Positions 18,201 through 26,711 of a stretch of DNA of 43,050 bases are shown one piece after another. The notes beneath the pieces are model-generated. The model had not been told where the DNA came from. It searched no databases and saw only the letters and a list, made by a program, of their open reading frames with translations. The stretch comes from an uncultured Flavobacteriaceae bacterium (GTDB lineage Bacteria; Pseudomonadota; Alphaproteobacteria; Micropepsales; Micropepsaceae), in the NCBI GenBank assembly GCA_964493795.1, contig CAZBPO010000002.1, positions 1,014 to 44,063 on the forward strand. The letters run 5' to 3'. How positions within the stretch are numbered: the stretch's first letter is position 1; the number at the start of each line of letters is the position of its first letter. A program made the position numbers and the translations under genes.

Positions 18201-20354
18201 CGCCAGCTTGGCGCGCAGGTGGCCGCGTTCGCGGGTGAGGCGCTGCGTCCACCCGCCTTCCTTCGCCTGCTCGGCGAGATAGCCAAGACGCGCTTCAATG
18301 CCTTCCACGCTGTCCGGCGCAGGCGCTCTCTGGCGCCTCGGGGCCGCGGGCGGCTTCAGATCGACGGGCCGATCCGGCGGCCCAGGCGGAACGTGCGGGC
18401 GCACGGTGACGTCGCCCGCGTCGATCTCCTCCCGCGAGATCGTCAGGTCTTCGCCGGCCTGATCGGTAAAGGTGAGGTCGTCTGCACCGTCTTCCTTCAC
18501 GCGGCCGATCAGCGGCTTCGGCAGGCCGGGCGCTGATATCTCGATCTCGTCGCCGGCAGCGAAACGGTGTGTCGGCGCGGCGGGGTGCGGTGGGGGCGCG
18601 GCTTCCGCGACAGCGGCGGGCGGCTCGGGTTCAGCCACCGGCTCGTTCCGGCTTTCGATCGGCGCGGCAGGCTCAGGAGCCGGCTCCGGCATGGATGCGG
18701 GTGCGGGCTCGCGAACCGGCGCGACACGGCCCCTGCCCTGCATGATTTCGGCGGCCCGCGCCTCCATCTCGGCCCGCTCCGTATCCGTCGTCGGCGCGGT
18801 GTCGCCCGTCTCGACATCGGTCGCCTGATTGAGGTGATCGGCGACGGCATCGACCCTCACATCGCCTGACCCGCCCGGCGCTGTCGGCCTCCGCAGTTCC
18901 CGTGCCGCTGCCGGGACAGCGCCGCCGACGCCCGCGACCTTGCCCATCACGAAATCGCCGAAGCTGTCCTTCAGCGGGTCGATCTGCGTCCCGGTGCCCT
19001 CGTTGACGCCGGTATAGGCTGCCGCACTCTCCGCGACCTCCTGCGCGCCCTCTTCGGCGCCCGAGACCGCCAGTCTTCCGATGGCCCGGGTAATCGGCCC
19101 CTGGCCTGCCAGGACGCTCGTCGCGGGGCTCAGGATCTTCGACGTCGCCGCGCCGCCGCCGGCCGAAACAATGCGCGTCAGCCCGGCCGCGTAATCACCG
19201 GCCACGTCCATTGTGGTCTTGAGCGCTGCGGCCTCATTCCCGCCGCTCCGCTCCAGCAGTTCGCGATAGAGCGGCGATTCTTCGGCCAGGCGGCCCTCGT
19301 CGTACATTTCCTGGATCGCGTCCCGGCCCTGCTGGTCCGCCATTCCTGCGCCGCCCATGCCGCCGGCCGCAGCCCCGCCGGCCACACCGCCGACCCGCCC
19401 GGCAAGAAGCATCGGCGCCATTTGCCCCAGAAGCCGAGCGCCCTGCTTGATATAGCCGATCGCCGAGGGGTCTTCGCCGAAGTCCCACGTCGACGGGTCG
19501 AACAGGTTGCCGGAAAGCTGCGAGTTCCGAACGGCCTGGAGGTCTTCTTCCGAGGACAGGCCTTCGGCTATCGAGCGCCCGATCGCTCCCACGCCGCGCC
19601 CCGCCTCCCGCAGCGTCTCGACAACCGAGCCTTCCCGGTGCGTGTTTTCGCTTTCGATTGGCGCGCGCGCCTCGTAGCGGTCGGTGCTGTGGGCGTCGTC
19701 GCTGAGCATGTCCTCAAAGGCGCGTCCGAACCGCTCCGGCAGCGTATCGAGAAGGTTGCCGGCGTCGGTTATCACCCCACCCAGGAGTTCGACGCCGCCG
19801 CCGACCACGTCGCCGGCCAGCCCCAGCCCAGTCCGCCCGACATCGATCAACGGGTTGCTACGGCGCAGGGCCTCTTCGGCGCTTGGAACCCTCGCCGACC
19901 CGCTGACGTCTTGCTGGTTCGGGGCCGGCGGCTCCGGCGGCAGGGGATAGTCGGTCTCCGCGATCCGCTTCGCCCGGGCCAGAACGTCGCTCGCCGACGC
20001 CTCGTCGCCGCTATAGCGCGAGCGCAAGGCGTCCCCCACCGACATGCCCTTGTCCAGCATCGCCCGAAGGCTCTTGGCCTCCGCGTCGAGGACGCGATCG
20101 ACGTCATAGGGGTTGATGCCCGTCCGCTCATAGCTCGAGCTGTCGCGACCGAAGAGACCGCGCGCCGTGCCGCGCCGGGCTTTCGCGTCATACCCGCTCT
20201 CCCGCTCGGCGATGGCGCGCAGGATGTTGACGGGCACGCCGTGCCGCAGCGCCGCCGCGTCGAACGGCTGGCCGAATTCTGACGGAAAGGCTGGGAACTG
20301 CGCCTCTGCCTGATCGGGCTCAGGCGAAAGGCCGGAAAAGACGTTGCGAGCCAT
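12255..20354 (-). CDS. Giant polyvalent internal virion/ejection protein (2699 aa)
   Basis: N-terminal SLT lysozyme (IAERESGY); InPase-like domain (GNYAKGHI..IENPEGSTRSG..HYGYI..DKDHIDVF); GNAT-like segment; HEAFH zincin motif; PLxRFG-type motif (YFPFSRFG); helical C-terminal region. Confidence 0.9.
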   Translation of the reverse strand: MARNVFSGLSPEPDQAEAQFPAFPSEFGQPFDAAALRHGVPVNILRAIAERESGYDAKARRGTARGLFGRDSSSYERTGINPYDVDRVLDAEAKSLRAMLDKGMSVGDALRSRYSGDEASASDVLARAKRIAETDYPLPPEPPAPNQQDVSGSARVPSAEEALRRSNPLIDVGRTGLGLAGDVVGGGVELLGGVITDAGNLLDTLPERFGRAFEDMLSDDAHSTDRYEARAPIESENTHREGSVVETLREAGRGVGAIGRSIAEGLSSEEDLQAVRNSQLSGNLFDPSTWDFGEDPSAIGYIKQGARLLGQMAPMLLAGRVGGVAGGAAAGGMGGAGMADQQGRDAIQEMYDEGRLAEESPLYRELLERSGGNEAAALKTTMDVAGDYAAGLTRIVSAGGGAATSKILSPATSVLAGQGPITRAIGRLAVSGAEEGAQEVAESAAAYTGVNEGTGTQIDPLKDSFGDFVMGKVAGVGGAVPAAARELRRPTAPGGSGDVRVDAVADHLNQATDVETGDTAPTTDTERAEMEARAAEIMQGRGRVAPVREPAPASMPEPAPEPAAPIESRNEPVAEPEPPAAVAEAAPPPHPAAPTHRFAAGDEIEISAPGLPKPLIGRVKEDGADDLTFTDQAGEDLTISREEIDAGDVTVRPHVPPGPPDRPVDLKPPAAPRRQRAPAPDSVEGIEARLGYLAEQAKEGGWTQRLTRERGHLRAKLAEIKGEPKSVDLAANEAATSPVNDRPEPTPAQIEAGNYAKGHIRIGGLDISIENPEGSTRSGTDKSGKPWATTMKSHYGYIRGTVGKDKDHIDVFVKPGTESLADDAPIFVVNQVASDTGLFDEHKVLLGFATPKEARAAYLENYAKGWKGLRSMRSLDLVGFKAWLADGDTKRAMPERSSAEKPAKQKPTASATIRTDDGHTLTVKLTAKGPWNFNETYPAPEGGARPVPEVVEQAEDLIQRFQMIALDEAEIAEDSADLAAGRKPKDRGRAKPPTPASLKAESAEIEKTRIALTARAREMFDARAVLDLAFEGGRRAEAEAPTARIPRPRREEGVRATDLPAAAPSAPKPAARAAAPARKAAKTAKPEAPYAVGDTITLNETIDYVDAGKPHKITHVDKRAIHVETAEGGGTSIGRVEMERKGYVVAKAEKTAKAKRKPAADKPMLSIAEQDGFAASVLQELAQNDEMFALPKTSARTIEGALKALAPDVRFIGDTIEAMDAQDRKAEQRLTYETAQGTRFNVYVDGDRIWLDISRSLPGQMGSRIYQALGDYAFNAKKVFIGDPDGLSADALTRRTEAMLSSALRHGTTDHIEPHDYQIRGDEKLGVPPLVWRHGDTVANIEALIAVSTASTFHAVPELANTRFDFDTGTFRTAEGAPLSDEVVDAFARRTRRDGTASLGSGTLKRAVFLRSLLRTPSGERSGLLEQVFRARGALLSPELKDIFYDGKGRGEAAPANPLSVKDAEAELRKGPLGKQIGHLIDNGILTVVKSIKADGGPAARSDSIRGVAMPDRRIYVVATPAGQIDQMRSTVLHEAFHAGVRPLLGEPVFQRALDRVEDIVSRAIDRVGKGEARPSDTFWTDVFSSVRSRYGDPAVHIEETAALALQKAELAPPGLKETFNRMMGAVKAWALRFFGAQIGDVTPHQLRALSVQAIKAGWKRKGGEKEKAAAWSGSIGLQLPKESQITRRPGQKLPGPDHVFKTDAENPGKPGDTPKFSLAEETDQAQAVPSDEEVRLTFREKLRAAGTQSMKHLLALMPLRPLLDEVASHIPAAKLYLRTKQEMDSTRDHWHHRTAVVSQRWLRFRKGNRSLNADLMDLMHETTDVQVDPTKPLATEYTDADRATLKRPSRGETDVAWLLADGRRQKHERQSAAYPQLVARFNALPKEARELYVEVRDLYTALADEQEAIIIANARKALDIELRSARSRHAGAMKKINESKLVGRERSEAVQNANDILNDALTRGAWSRRARITQIRKKLESNRLKGPYFPFSRFGDFWVSAVSKDGGQQYFSKFEKVKDQMLFIKQMERAGGYTITAGQTSDSEKTRTLVDPNFLADVVDLVTGSGMAKEIADTVIDQINQRYLETLPDASLRKRRIHRKGRAGYVADALRGFAHHMFHGGHQNARLRFTIDLEQHIADAKEQAKSITDLSERVRADGIVNEMVKRNQFVMNPSGHPLAHFLTSAGFIWRLAVSPSAAFVNTSQTITLGVPVLAAYYDKQTGGARAYGIDAAVAEITRATKNFLGSRGLWLGEKVGLQPEGSWDTNYKITSEERSAIQVAKNIGLIERTQSHDVASVAETGIEYSARRERIMAILSGPMHHTEVFNREVTFLAAYRLARKAGRDHSAAIDDALDLTWKAHFDYQNTSRPRFMQHDVAKVAFLFKNYQVNMLYRLVRDFRQAFGKDIDPADRREAKILLFGVTAAMATTAGVRGTWILGILLPTLWGMFFGGEGDDDQQVMRRELLKMLPSWVVGPFLDGVPGYFLGMDISERVGLADIWFRSSDRLLEGRDWYDDLITQMAGPVYGVGRDIAGGAWMVLEGRVWRGIETMSPKFVKDVMQSARFLIDGVKTYRGDDILEDVSPYQALVKALGFTPAELGERYKSNSAMRNKEQIIMERRKRIHTAYDEAIQNGASRDDVMAEIRKFNRDYPEYGITRDSIRQSIRSRRRARERNEGGVTINPKIERRIRSEAAPAIYD
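16046..16294 (-). CDS. Candidate overprinted gene (82 aa) nested in another frame of the giant gene
   Basis: Host-frame codons turn A/T-ending over this interval while the alternative frame reads as a plausible helical protein. No clear SD. Confidence 0.45.
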   Translation of the reverse strand: MLSPNSPTPDSTSTPEPSERLKAHPYLMRLLTHSPDALAEMERRALAAERLKELYSSDPFFARRAASDPDYWSKFSGHGARF

Positions 20355-20357
20355 GGG

Positions 20358-20390
20358 CGGTCCCTCTGTCGAGGGGCCGAACTTCTGCTC
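20358..20390 (-). promoter_or_regulatory. Late leader element 2: GAGCAGAAGUUC plus SD-sequestering hairpin (giant protein)
   Basis: GCAGAAGU at 20388-20381; hairpin CGGCCCCUC-GACA-GAGGGACCG containing the GAGGG SD. Confidence 0.5.
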
Positions 20391-20452
20391 AGCCGGACAG
20401 CTCAGTTATGCGCCAAAATCAATCACCGCGCCACACCGGCGGCTCCTTTCCT

Positions 20453-21763
20453 TCACTGCCCGCGGTAAACTGGCGGCAGTATCGTTCCTAGCGGGCCGGG
20501 CTGCGGCTTAATCTGCGCGCCTCCTTGGACGGTTCTCCCCGGCGAGACCCCGCCACCCCGGCCCAGCGCTGCATCTCGCAACTCAAGCAGCTGCACCGCT
20601 CGGGCGATTTGCTCCTCGGGCGGAAGCGAGGCGAAATCTAGATCGCCATGGATCAGCGCCTTCAACATCGAGTCGAGATCCTTGACCCGCTCCGCAGAGG
20701 GGTCTTTCCCGAGCGCTTTAATCTTCGCTTCTTCCCACTTAAGGGCGACTGAGCGCTCGTGCTTCCGCTCCTCCTTGGCATCTTCGGCGGCGGCGGCGTC
20801 CTCGGCGGCGATCATCCCGAGACCGCGCTCAAAGACGGCCTCGGGTGACAGAATACCCAGACCAAGCCGATAGAGATCGTTCTCCGACCCAAGCTCCTGC
20901 ACGTAGGTCTCGCCGGTTTTCAGATCCTTGAAGGTGACGCGGCCGCCGACAATGTTGCCGGCCTTATCCTTCTTGAACCCGCTCTGCTTGCGATCGACCT
21001 CGATGTTGTCGCCCAGATACGATTGGTTGTTGTAGGCATCGGCCAGGCTGTCGAGAAAGCCATCTTCGTTGCCGATGCTGGCGTAATAGGCCGCCTCGCC
21101 ATATGCCCGTTTCCCGCGCCGGAAGCCTGCGTCTTCGTTGAGCGCCTGCCAAGCCTTCGCCTTGTCCGGCTCGCCGCGGGCGAGATACTGCTCCGCGATC
21201 TTCGGCAGGAAGTTCTTGTCGTAGTGATCGACGAAAGATTCCGCTGCCCGCCGCCGGGGCCCATCGCGGTCAGGCTCCATGATCGACCGGGTCCGACCTG
21301 TCGGCGAAATGCTCTCCCGCGCCATCCCCTGCCCCGCACCGCGTGCGGACTGTAGCTCCGCCAGCGCATCGACGGCGGCCTGATCCTTCAGATCGGCTTT
21401 AGCTTCGGTCACGCTCTTCTCATGCGAGGCGCGCGCCGCTGTGTAGGTATCCGCGAGTATCTGCCGCTCGCCCTGCGCCCTGCGGTAGTCCTCGTCTTCG
21501 CGTTTCCAGAGCAGGTCTTCACGATCTTTTTTCCGACGCCGGTCTGCCTCATCGCGCTCGCGGTCCTGCGCGGCGGTCAGACGGTCTTGGTCCTGCTGCT
21601 GCCAAACAGTGCGCAAGCGGGACATTTTCTCATCGGCAGCCGATCGGTTGAGCCGGCGTTCCTCTGCCGCAGCGCTCCGGTCCTCGTCCTGCTGATCCCA
21701 CTGCCGGCGCTTTTCCATTCCGCCCACGAGACCATCAATGAAGGCGGCGATTCCACGGGACAT
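20453..21763 (-). CDS. Putative internal virion (ejection) protein (436 aa)
   Basis: N-terminal GIAAFIDGLVGG, then a charged coiled coil; lies between the other ejection genes. Confidence 0.7.
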   Translation of the reverse strand: MSRGIAAFIDGLVGGMEKRRQWDQQDEDRSAAAEERRLNRSAADEKMSRLRTVWQQQDQDRLTAAQDRERDEADRRRKKDREDLLWKREDEDYRRAQGERQILADTYTAARASHEKSVTEAKADLKDQAAVDALAELQSARGAGQGMARESISPTGRTRSIMEPDRDGPRRRAAESFVDHYDKNFLPKIAEQYLARGEPDKAKAWQALNEDAGFRRGKRAYGEAAYYASIGNEDGFLDSLADAYNNQSYLGDNIEVDRKQSGFKKDKAGNIVGGRVTFKDLKTGETYVQELGSENDLYRLGLGILSPEAVFERGLGMIAAEDAAAAEDAKEERKHERSVALKWEEAKIKALGKDPSAERVKDLDSMLKALIHGDLDFASLPPEEQIARAVQLLELRDAALGRGGGVSPGRTVQGGAQIKPQPGPLGTILPPVYRGQ

Positions 21764-21764
21764 A

Positions 21765-22598
21765 TCAGGCTCCTTTCAGCGCGCGGCGAATGGCGGCGTG
21801 GCCGGTATCTGCGACATCGAATTTCGACGACCAGCGAGAGGCGAACTCGCCCGCCGTCATCGCATCTGTGCCGCCGTTCAGCCGGATCGCCGCACGGGCG
21901 CGGCGGCGGTCGCCCTTGTAGATCGGGGTCAGCGCGTCGATGGCGGCGAGAGAGGGGTCGCGCAGCAGGGCCGACGCGCCGCCGCTGCCCTGCTGATGCG
22001 CGAGATACAGTTCTCCGAAGGTCGGCTCGCGGCCCAGGGCCTTCTTCAACGCGGCCCGGTTGTCGCGGGTCAGCCGCATCACGGCGTCGGTCGACTCGGC
22101 CGGGTCGTAGCGGTCGTTGAGCCCATAGGTCTTCGCCGTTGCGTCGACGAACTGCCACAGCCCCCCGGCGGACGATCTGGGGTTCTTTCGTGTGGCATCG
22201 CCGCCGCTCTCGATTTCCCCGAGCCGGCGGAAATAGTCCGCGTTCTCGCCATAGCGCTCGGCTGCGCCAGAAATGATCGCGTCGATCTCCGGACTGTAGC
22301 CGATCGATGCCTTGCGAAGCCCAGGTGTGGCCGGCGGCGCAGCCTGCGGAACCGGGGCCGTCTCCGGTAGCGGCGTTCGCGCGCCGTGTCCGACCTGGCC
22401 ATGCGAGGGCGCTTGGTTCAGCAGGATCGAGCGGCCAGCCGCTTCACCGCCCATGCGCGGGGCCATCTCTCGCGCGCTGGCGTCGTTCATCCCAAGGCGC
22501 TCCAGGATGCCGCCGCGGGGGCTCTGGCGCTCCTGCGCCTGCCGCGCCGCCATGCCGCGCGCAAGTCCGGCGAGCAGCCCGGCCGCGGCCCCGCTCAT
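21765..22598 (-). CDS. Internal virion protein with lytic transglycosylase-like domain
   Basis: Start MSGAAAGLL (GAGG SD, ATGA overlap); IESGG, SSAGGLWQF and LYLAHQQG lysozyme-fold motifs. Confidence 0.85.
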   Translation of the reverse strand: MSGAAAGLLAGLARGMAARQAQERQSPRGGILERLGMNDASAREMAPRMGGEAAGRSILLNQAPSHGQVGHGARTPLPETAPVPQAAPPATPGLRKASIGYSPEIDAIISGAAERYGENADYFRRLGEIESGGDATRKNPRSSAGGLWQFVDATAKTYGLNDRYDPAESTDAVMRLTRDNRAALKKALGREPTFGELYLAHQQGSGGASALLRDPSLAAIDALTPIYKGDRRRARAAIRLNGGTDAMTAGEFASRWSSKFDVADTGHAAIRRALKGA

Positions 22599-23572
22599 GG
22601 CTTCCTCGCCAGGATGCTGCGGGGTTTGCGCTCGGCGATCTGATCGACCTTGCGGCTCAGTTCCTTCACCGCACCCATAGTCGCGCCGATGGCGTCGCCG
22701 AGGTTGATGGTCCTGCCGTCGCCGCGCCCCGTCTCTCGCTTGAAATCCTGCGCATACGTGCCGATGTGACGCCCGCCGTCGCCGACGCCGGGTTTGTAGT
22801 CCCATTCCTCGACCCGCATGTTCTCGACGGCTTTGAGCAGGCTGCGCGGCTTTCGCTTGTTTTCCTTCATCTTCTCGTCCGAGAAGATCCAGGGCTTCGA
22901 TCCACCGCCGAACGCCGTCCCGATGAGGCCGCCGATCGAACCGAAGACGCCGGCGGTGTTGTTCTGGTTCGCCTGCCAGGCCTGCATGTTGTTCTGATGC
23001 TGCTGGTTCAGAATCCCGGCCTGCTGGCCATAGCCCTGCATCGCGGCATTCGCGCCGCTCGCTGCGGCCTGGTTCGACGTCGAGATCGCCGACAGCGGAT
23101 TCACGCCGAGGCCGGAGCCCAGATTGATGGCGTTGCCCAGCATATCGACGCCGGTTTTCCTGACATTGTCGCGCGCCGCGTTCTCCGCGCCGGCCACCGC
23201 CAGCGCCTCAGAGATGCCGGCGCTGCGTTCCACACCGGCGAACCGGCCTGAAGCCGGATCTACGCCGGCTGCCGCCATGCTGCGCGCCCTCTGGTCCCCT
23301 GCCAGGCCGATCTGGTTCCGAACGTCTGCGCCGGCCTTCGCCGCCTCAAGAGCCTGCCGCTCCGGCGTATCCCACCCCTTCGCCTTCGCGATGTAGTCGT
23401 CCTGAAGCGGCTGAAAGACAGTCTTATCCCGCTCCCGCGCTTCTTCCGCCCATCCATTCGTGATGTCGGCCTGCTTCTGCATCCAGGCCAGATGTGCCGC
23501 GCCGGTCTCGGCCGACTTCATCGCGGCCATCCCGATCGCCGGATCGGCCTTCGGTGCGCTACCCTTGCCCAT
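22595..23572 (-). CDS. DNA ejection/pilot-like protein with C-terminal intramolecular chaperone (peptidase S74-like) domain
   Basis: MGKGSAPKADP start; Ala/Gly/Gln-rich body; FSDEKMKEN...WDYK...HIGTYAQD...AVKEL. Confidence 0.8.
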   Translation of the reverse strand: MGKGSAPKADPAIGMAAMKSAETGAAHLAWMQKQADITNGWAEEARERDKTVFQPLQDDYIAKAKGWDTPERQALEAAKAGADVRNQIGLAGDQRARSMAAAGVDPASGRFAGVERSAGISEALAVAGAENAARDNVRKTGVDMLGNAINLGSGLGVNPLSAISTSNQAAASGANAAMQGYGQQAGILNQQHQNNMQAWQANQNNTAGVFGSIGGLIGTAFGGGSKPWIFSDEKMKENKRKPRSLLKAVENMRVEEWDYKPGVGDGGRHIGTYAQDFKRETGRGDGRTINLGDAIGATMGAVKELSRKVDQIAERKPRSILARKP

Positions 23573-24002
23573 GGTCACCCCTCTTCAGCCATCGGCACTC
23601 CGTCCGGAGCATGCCGTTGACCATCATGTCGCCGCCGTCAGGGGCGGCTGCTCGAAGCCTGCCCTCGGGCACGAAGCCGAGGCCGAAAGCCAGTCGAAGG
23701 GAGGGGCCGTTCGACGCCGCAATATAACCTGAAAGCCGGGTAAGTTTCATCTCGAAGAACGCCCAGCCGAAGATCGTGAACAATACGTCGCGGGTCAGCC
23801 AGGCTTTCGATCCGTCCGAAGCGATGTGGATGCAGGCCTGCGATCCCTGGAAATAGTTGAAGACGACAACGGCACGGCGCGCCCCTGCGTCGTCGAGGAC
23901 GCTCAGCGACACCGTATCGGCCGGCCACCAGTCATCTTCGCCAAGCCGGTCGTTCGCCCATTTCAGCGCCTCCACCGGATCGTCCTGCGCGGTCACCCTC
24001 AT
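23559..24002 (-). CDS. Phage GNAT-family N-acetyltransferase (RimJ/RimL-like)
   Basis: NGPSLRLAFGLGFVPEGRLR motif; usual position between nozzle and ejection genes. Confidence 0.85.
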   Translation of the reverse strand: MRVTAQDDPVEALKWANDRLGEDDWWPADTVSLSVLDDAGARRAVVVFNYFQGSQACIHIASDGSKAWLTRDVLFTIFGWAFFEMKLTRLSGYIAASNGPSLRLAFGLGFVPEGRLRAAAPDGGDMMVNGMLRTECRWLKRGDHGQG

Positions 24003-24412
24003 GTCAGCGCCACCGTGCCCGAGCGCACGACGCCGTCGCCGCCCCGTCCTTTGATCGTCAGCGTGCCATCCGTCGTGAACTCGAACACCACGTCGCCGAT
24101 CCGGCTCGGCGACACGCTCTCTCCGGGCGCGCCGCTGAAGCGCACCGCATGGCGCGGCAGATCGCCCAGCCCGGCCTGAAGGTCGCCCAGCTGCGCCAGC
24201 GCGGCATGCATCTCGGCTTCTGCGAGGGCCAGGCGCGACAGGATGGCCGCGACGCGCGCGGCGATCTCCTGTGTCCCGGCATTCAGCGCGCCGATCAGCG
24301 CGTCGATGTCCGCGACCTGGCCAGCCCTCAGCGCATGGTCGCGCGGCGCGCCGCGATCTCCGGCCAGCACTTCCAGCTTTTCCTTCAGGCGGTCGTCGAA
24401 TTTCGTGGCCAT
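23999..24412 (-). CDS. Hypothetical tail-associated protein (137 aa; coiled coil plus short beta C-terminus)
   Basis: Start MATKFDDRLKE overlapping the upstream stop (TGATG); the ORF-track start is too early. Confidence 0.7.
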   Translation of the reverse strand: MATKFDDRLKEKLEVLAGDRGAPRDHALRAGQVADIDALIGALNAGTQEIAARVAAILSRLALAEAEMHAALAQLGDLQAGLGDLPRHAVRFSGAPGESVSPSRIGDVVFEFTTDGTLTIKGRGGDGVVRSGTVALT

Positions 24413-25977
24413 CAGCCCTCCGCCAATTCGGTTGGGCTGGATGCGAGCGAGATCGACGTCACCTCGGCCGTGCCGACCACTTCGACTTCCCATGTGGTCG
24501 CCAGGAACCCCGCCGGCAGCCGTCTGGGCGTGTTGAGCCTTCCCGCGCTCGCGCGCAGCACGCCATCGCCGAACACCCGGACCGTCATGGTCCGCCCGAC
24601 CTTTTCGACACCCTCGACCCTGACGACGCCGTAGTTCACCGGCGAAACGCCGTGAAACACCTTGGAGCGCCAGGTCAGCGCCAGCGGCTGCCCGCCAGCC
24701 GGGTCCCATTCCTTGATGGTCCGGCCACCGTCCAGCAGAAAGAGCCGGCCGGACGGGAGATCGAAGAACAGGGCGTTCGCTGAGACGGCGGCGCGCAGCA
24801 AATAGGGCTGCTGGCCCGTGATGTCGAAAAAGATCAACTGACGCGCACTGCCCTCGCTGAAAGACGCGACGTATCGCCCTTCGTACTGCGCGGCCCTGAA
24901 GCCGGCGGGGTTCAGGCCGGCCCAGTCGTCGAGATCCAGAATGTCCCGCGTGACCAGCCGCGCGCCATCCGTGCCGACGACCGCGAGGCCTTCTGTCGAC
25001 GGATAGGCGACCTGGTAGCCAAGATCGACGATGCCGGCCGCCGCGATGCAGGGCAGGTTCAGCTCGGTACGCTCCATCGTCATGTTGTCAGGCGCGGTCC
25101 CCTGCACGATGTAAGGGAACCCGGTCGTGAGGACAGCGATCGAAGACCCGAACGCGCCCAGCCCGACGATCTCATGATTGGTGGTCAGGACATACTTCTC
25201 CGGCCACGCATGCGGCTGCCACGGCTCGCAGAAGTAGAGATTCTTGCCCGAGAAGGCCGCCATCATGCCGTTGGGAAGCGCGATGACCCCCTTCAGGCCA
25301 GCCGGCGGCGGCGTGAAATCGGCCGACTTCAAGCTCTCCTGAATCGGATTGTCGGCGACGACGTCGATGAAGTCCGCTTCGGTCGCGTCGCGCTCATGCA
25401 CGAAGTAGAACGAGGTCACGCCGCTCGATGACGTCTGCGAGCGATAGATGCGCTGCCTCGAAATCGCGCGCCCGGCGGGAACGGGTTCGAAGCCGGTCAG
25501 ATGAACGTCGAGCCCCGGCGACCACAGCAGGCCGGCGCTCACGGGCGCGGGCTCGCTCTCCTCGCCGAAATCGGAAACCCACGTGTAGGTGTAGAGGATC
25601 GTCTGCGACAGCGCGCTATCGACCGGTCCTGATGTGAGGACCGCGCCCAGCGCCGCTGACGGCGCCGCCACGGCAAGGTCATAGACAGCGGCGCCGACAC
25701 GCAGTTTCGGCGCGCCGTCGCCGGTGATGTAGAGCCGGTCATCCGCAATGGGACCGGGGACGACGTCGACGCCGTCTGGAAATCCCAGCCATTCGCCACC
25801 GTGAAGATGGATCGTCCCGGCATCTGCGCCAAGCGTCGCGACCTGCGCGGGGGTTCGGAACGGCGACAGGACGCCCTTCTTCAATCGCGCGTTCATCGCG
25901 CGCTGCGCAGCGTTTTCAGGAAGAAGGCGGGCGGCCCGGCTGGGTATCTCACCGGAGAACGCGACGATGCGGATCAT
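24412..25977 (-). CDS. Tail nozzle / tail tubular protein B-like protein
   Basis: FSGEIP..RLLPENAAQ start; YTWVSDFGEESEP, FCEPWQPHAWP and WRSKVF motifs; beta-propeller-like composition. Confidence 0.75.
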   Translation of the reverse strand: MIRIVAFSGEIPSRAARLLPENAAQRAMNARLKKGVLSPFRTPAQVATLGADAGTIHLHGGEWLGFPDGVDVVPGPIADDRLYITGDGAPKLRVGAAVYDLAVAAPSAALGAVLTSGPVDSALSQTILYTYTWVSDFGEESEPAPVSAGLLWSPGLDVHLTGFEPVPAGRAISRQRIYRSQTSSSGVTSFYFVHERDATEADFIDVVADNPIQESLKSADFTPPPAGLKGVIALPNGMMAAFSGKNLYFCEPWQPHAWPEKYVLTTNHEIVGLGAFGSSIAVLTTGFPYIVQGTAPDNMTMERTELNLPCIAAAGIVDLGYQVAYPSTEGLAVVGTDGARLVTRDILDLDDWAGLNPAGFRAAQYEGRYVASFSEGSARQLIFFDITGQQPYLLRAAVSANALFFDLPSGRLFLLDGGRTIKEWDPAGGQPLALTWRSKVFHGVSPVNYGVVRVEGVEKVGRTMTVRVFGDGVLRASAGRLNTPRRLPAGFLATTWEVEVVGTAEVTSISLASSPTELAEG

Positions 25978-26711
25978 ATCCAGATGCTCCCCCCGCCACC
26001 GCCGGCCGGCGCTTCAGGCGGAGCCACGGCAGGCACTACCGCGAACGAAATCCGCGCCTGAACCGAGCTCACGGCCAGCGCGCCCGATCCCGCACCGACC
26101 GGTCCGGTCGCCGCCCGCGTTCCGCCGGCGGCTGCGCAGCCGCCGCCGTTTCCGTTGGTGCGGCTCACGTCGAAGATTTCCCCGAAGGCAGCCAAATCGG
26201 GGTTTGCGCTTCCCGACACCTGAGCGGCGGCGGTATCGGTCGCCCAGCTGACCGCCTGGATCACGAGACGTTCTGGACCAAGCGTCGTCAGGCCAGGGAA
26301 CGAGACTTCGGCCGCCGCCGCGGCCGCGACAGACGTCTCGACGGCCTCGATCGGCGCGCCGCTTGTCTTGGCGCCGCGCACCAGAGCGTAGGCCAGAACC
26401 TGATGGTCACCGGGCGCGCTGAAATACAGGGGATCGAGCAGCCCGAAGGGCCGAATCCACCAGGCTGCCAATCTGGTTGAGGCCGCGCCGCCAGCCGTGC
26501 CTGTGCCGGTGCCGCCGATAGAGGCCATCGACGCGCCATACGGGGTCAGGTTCTCGGCATCGAAGAACTGCGGCGGCGGAAAGGTCTGGTTGGCGCTTTC
26601 GCCGAAGACCAGCAGAACGTCATGCTCTTCGATGCCGTCGGGGTAGAACCCGACGATCGCCGCCGTCGATGCGCCGAAGAAACCCGCCGAGATGACGACA
26701 GGCGCGGCCAT
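25974..26711 (-). CDS. Hypothetical virion protein (245 aa, beta-rich)
   Basis: Start MAAPVVISAG overlapping the upstream stop; coupled within the tail operon. Confidence 0.65.
   Translation of the reverse strand: MAAPVVISAGFFGASTAAIVGFYPDGIEEHDVLLVFGESANQTFPPPQFFDAENLTPYGASMASIGGTGTGTAGGAASTRLAAWWIRPFGLLDPLYFSAPGDHQVLAYALVRGAKTSGAPIEAVETSVAAAAAAEVSFPGLTTLGPERLVIQAVSWATDTAAAQVSGSANPDLAAFGEIFDVSRTNGNGGGCAAAGGTRAATGPVGAGSGALAVSSVQARISFAVVPAVAPPEAPAGGGGGSIWI

Noticed and set aside
23559..24002. GNAT gene as a toxin-antitoxin toxin
   Set aside because: No antitoxin neighbour; it occupies the usual structural-operon position seen in podoviruses.
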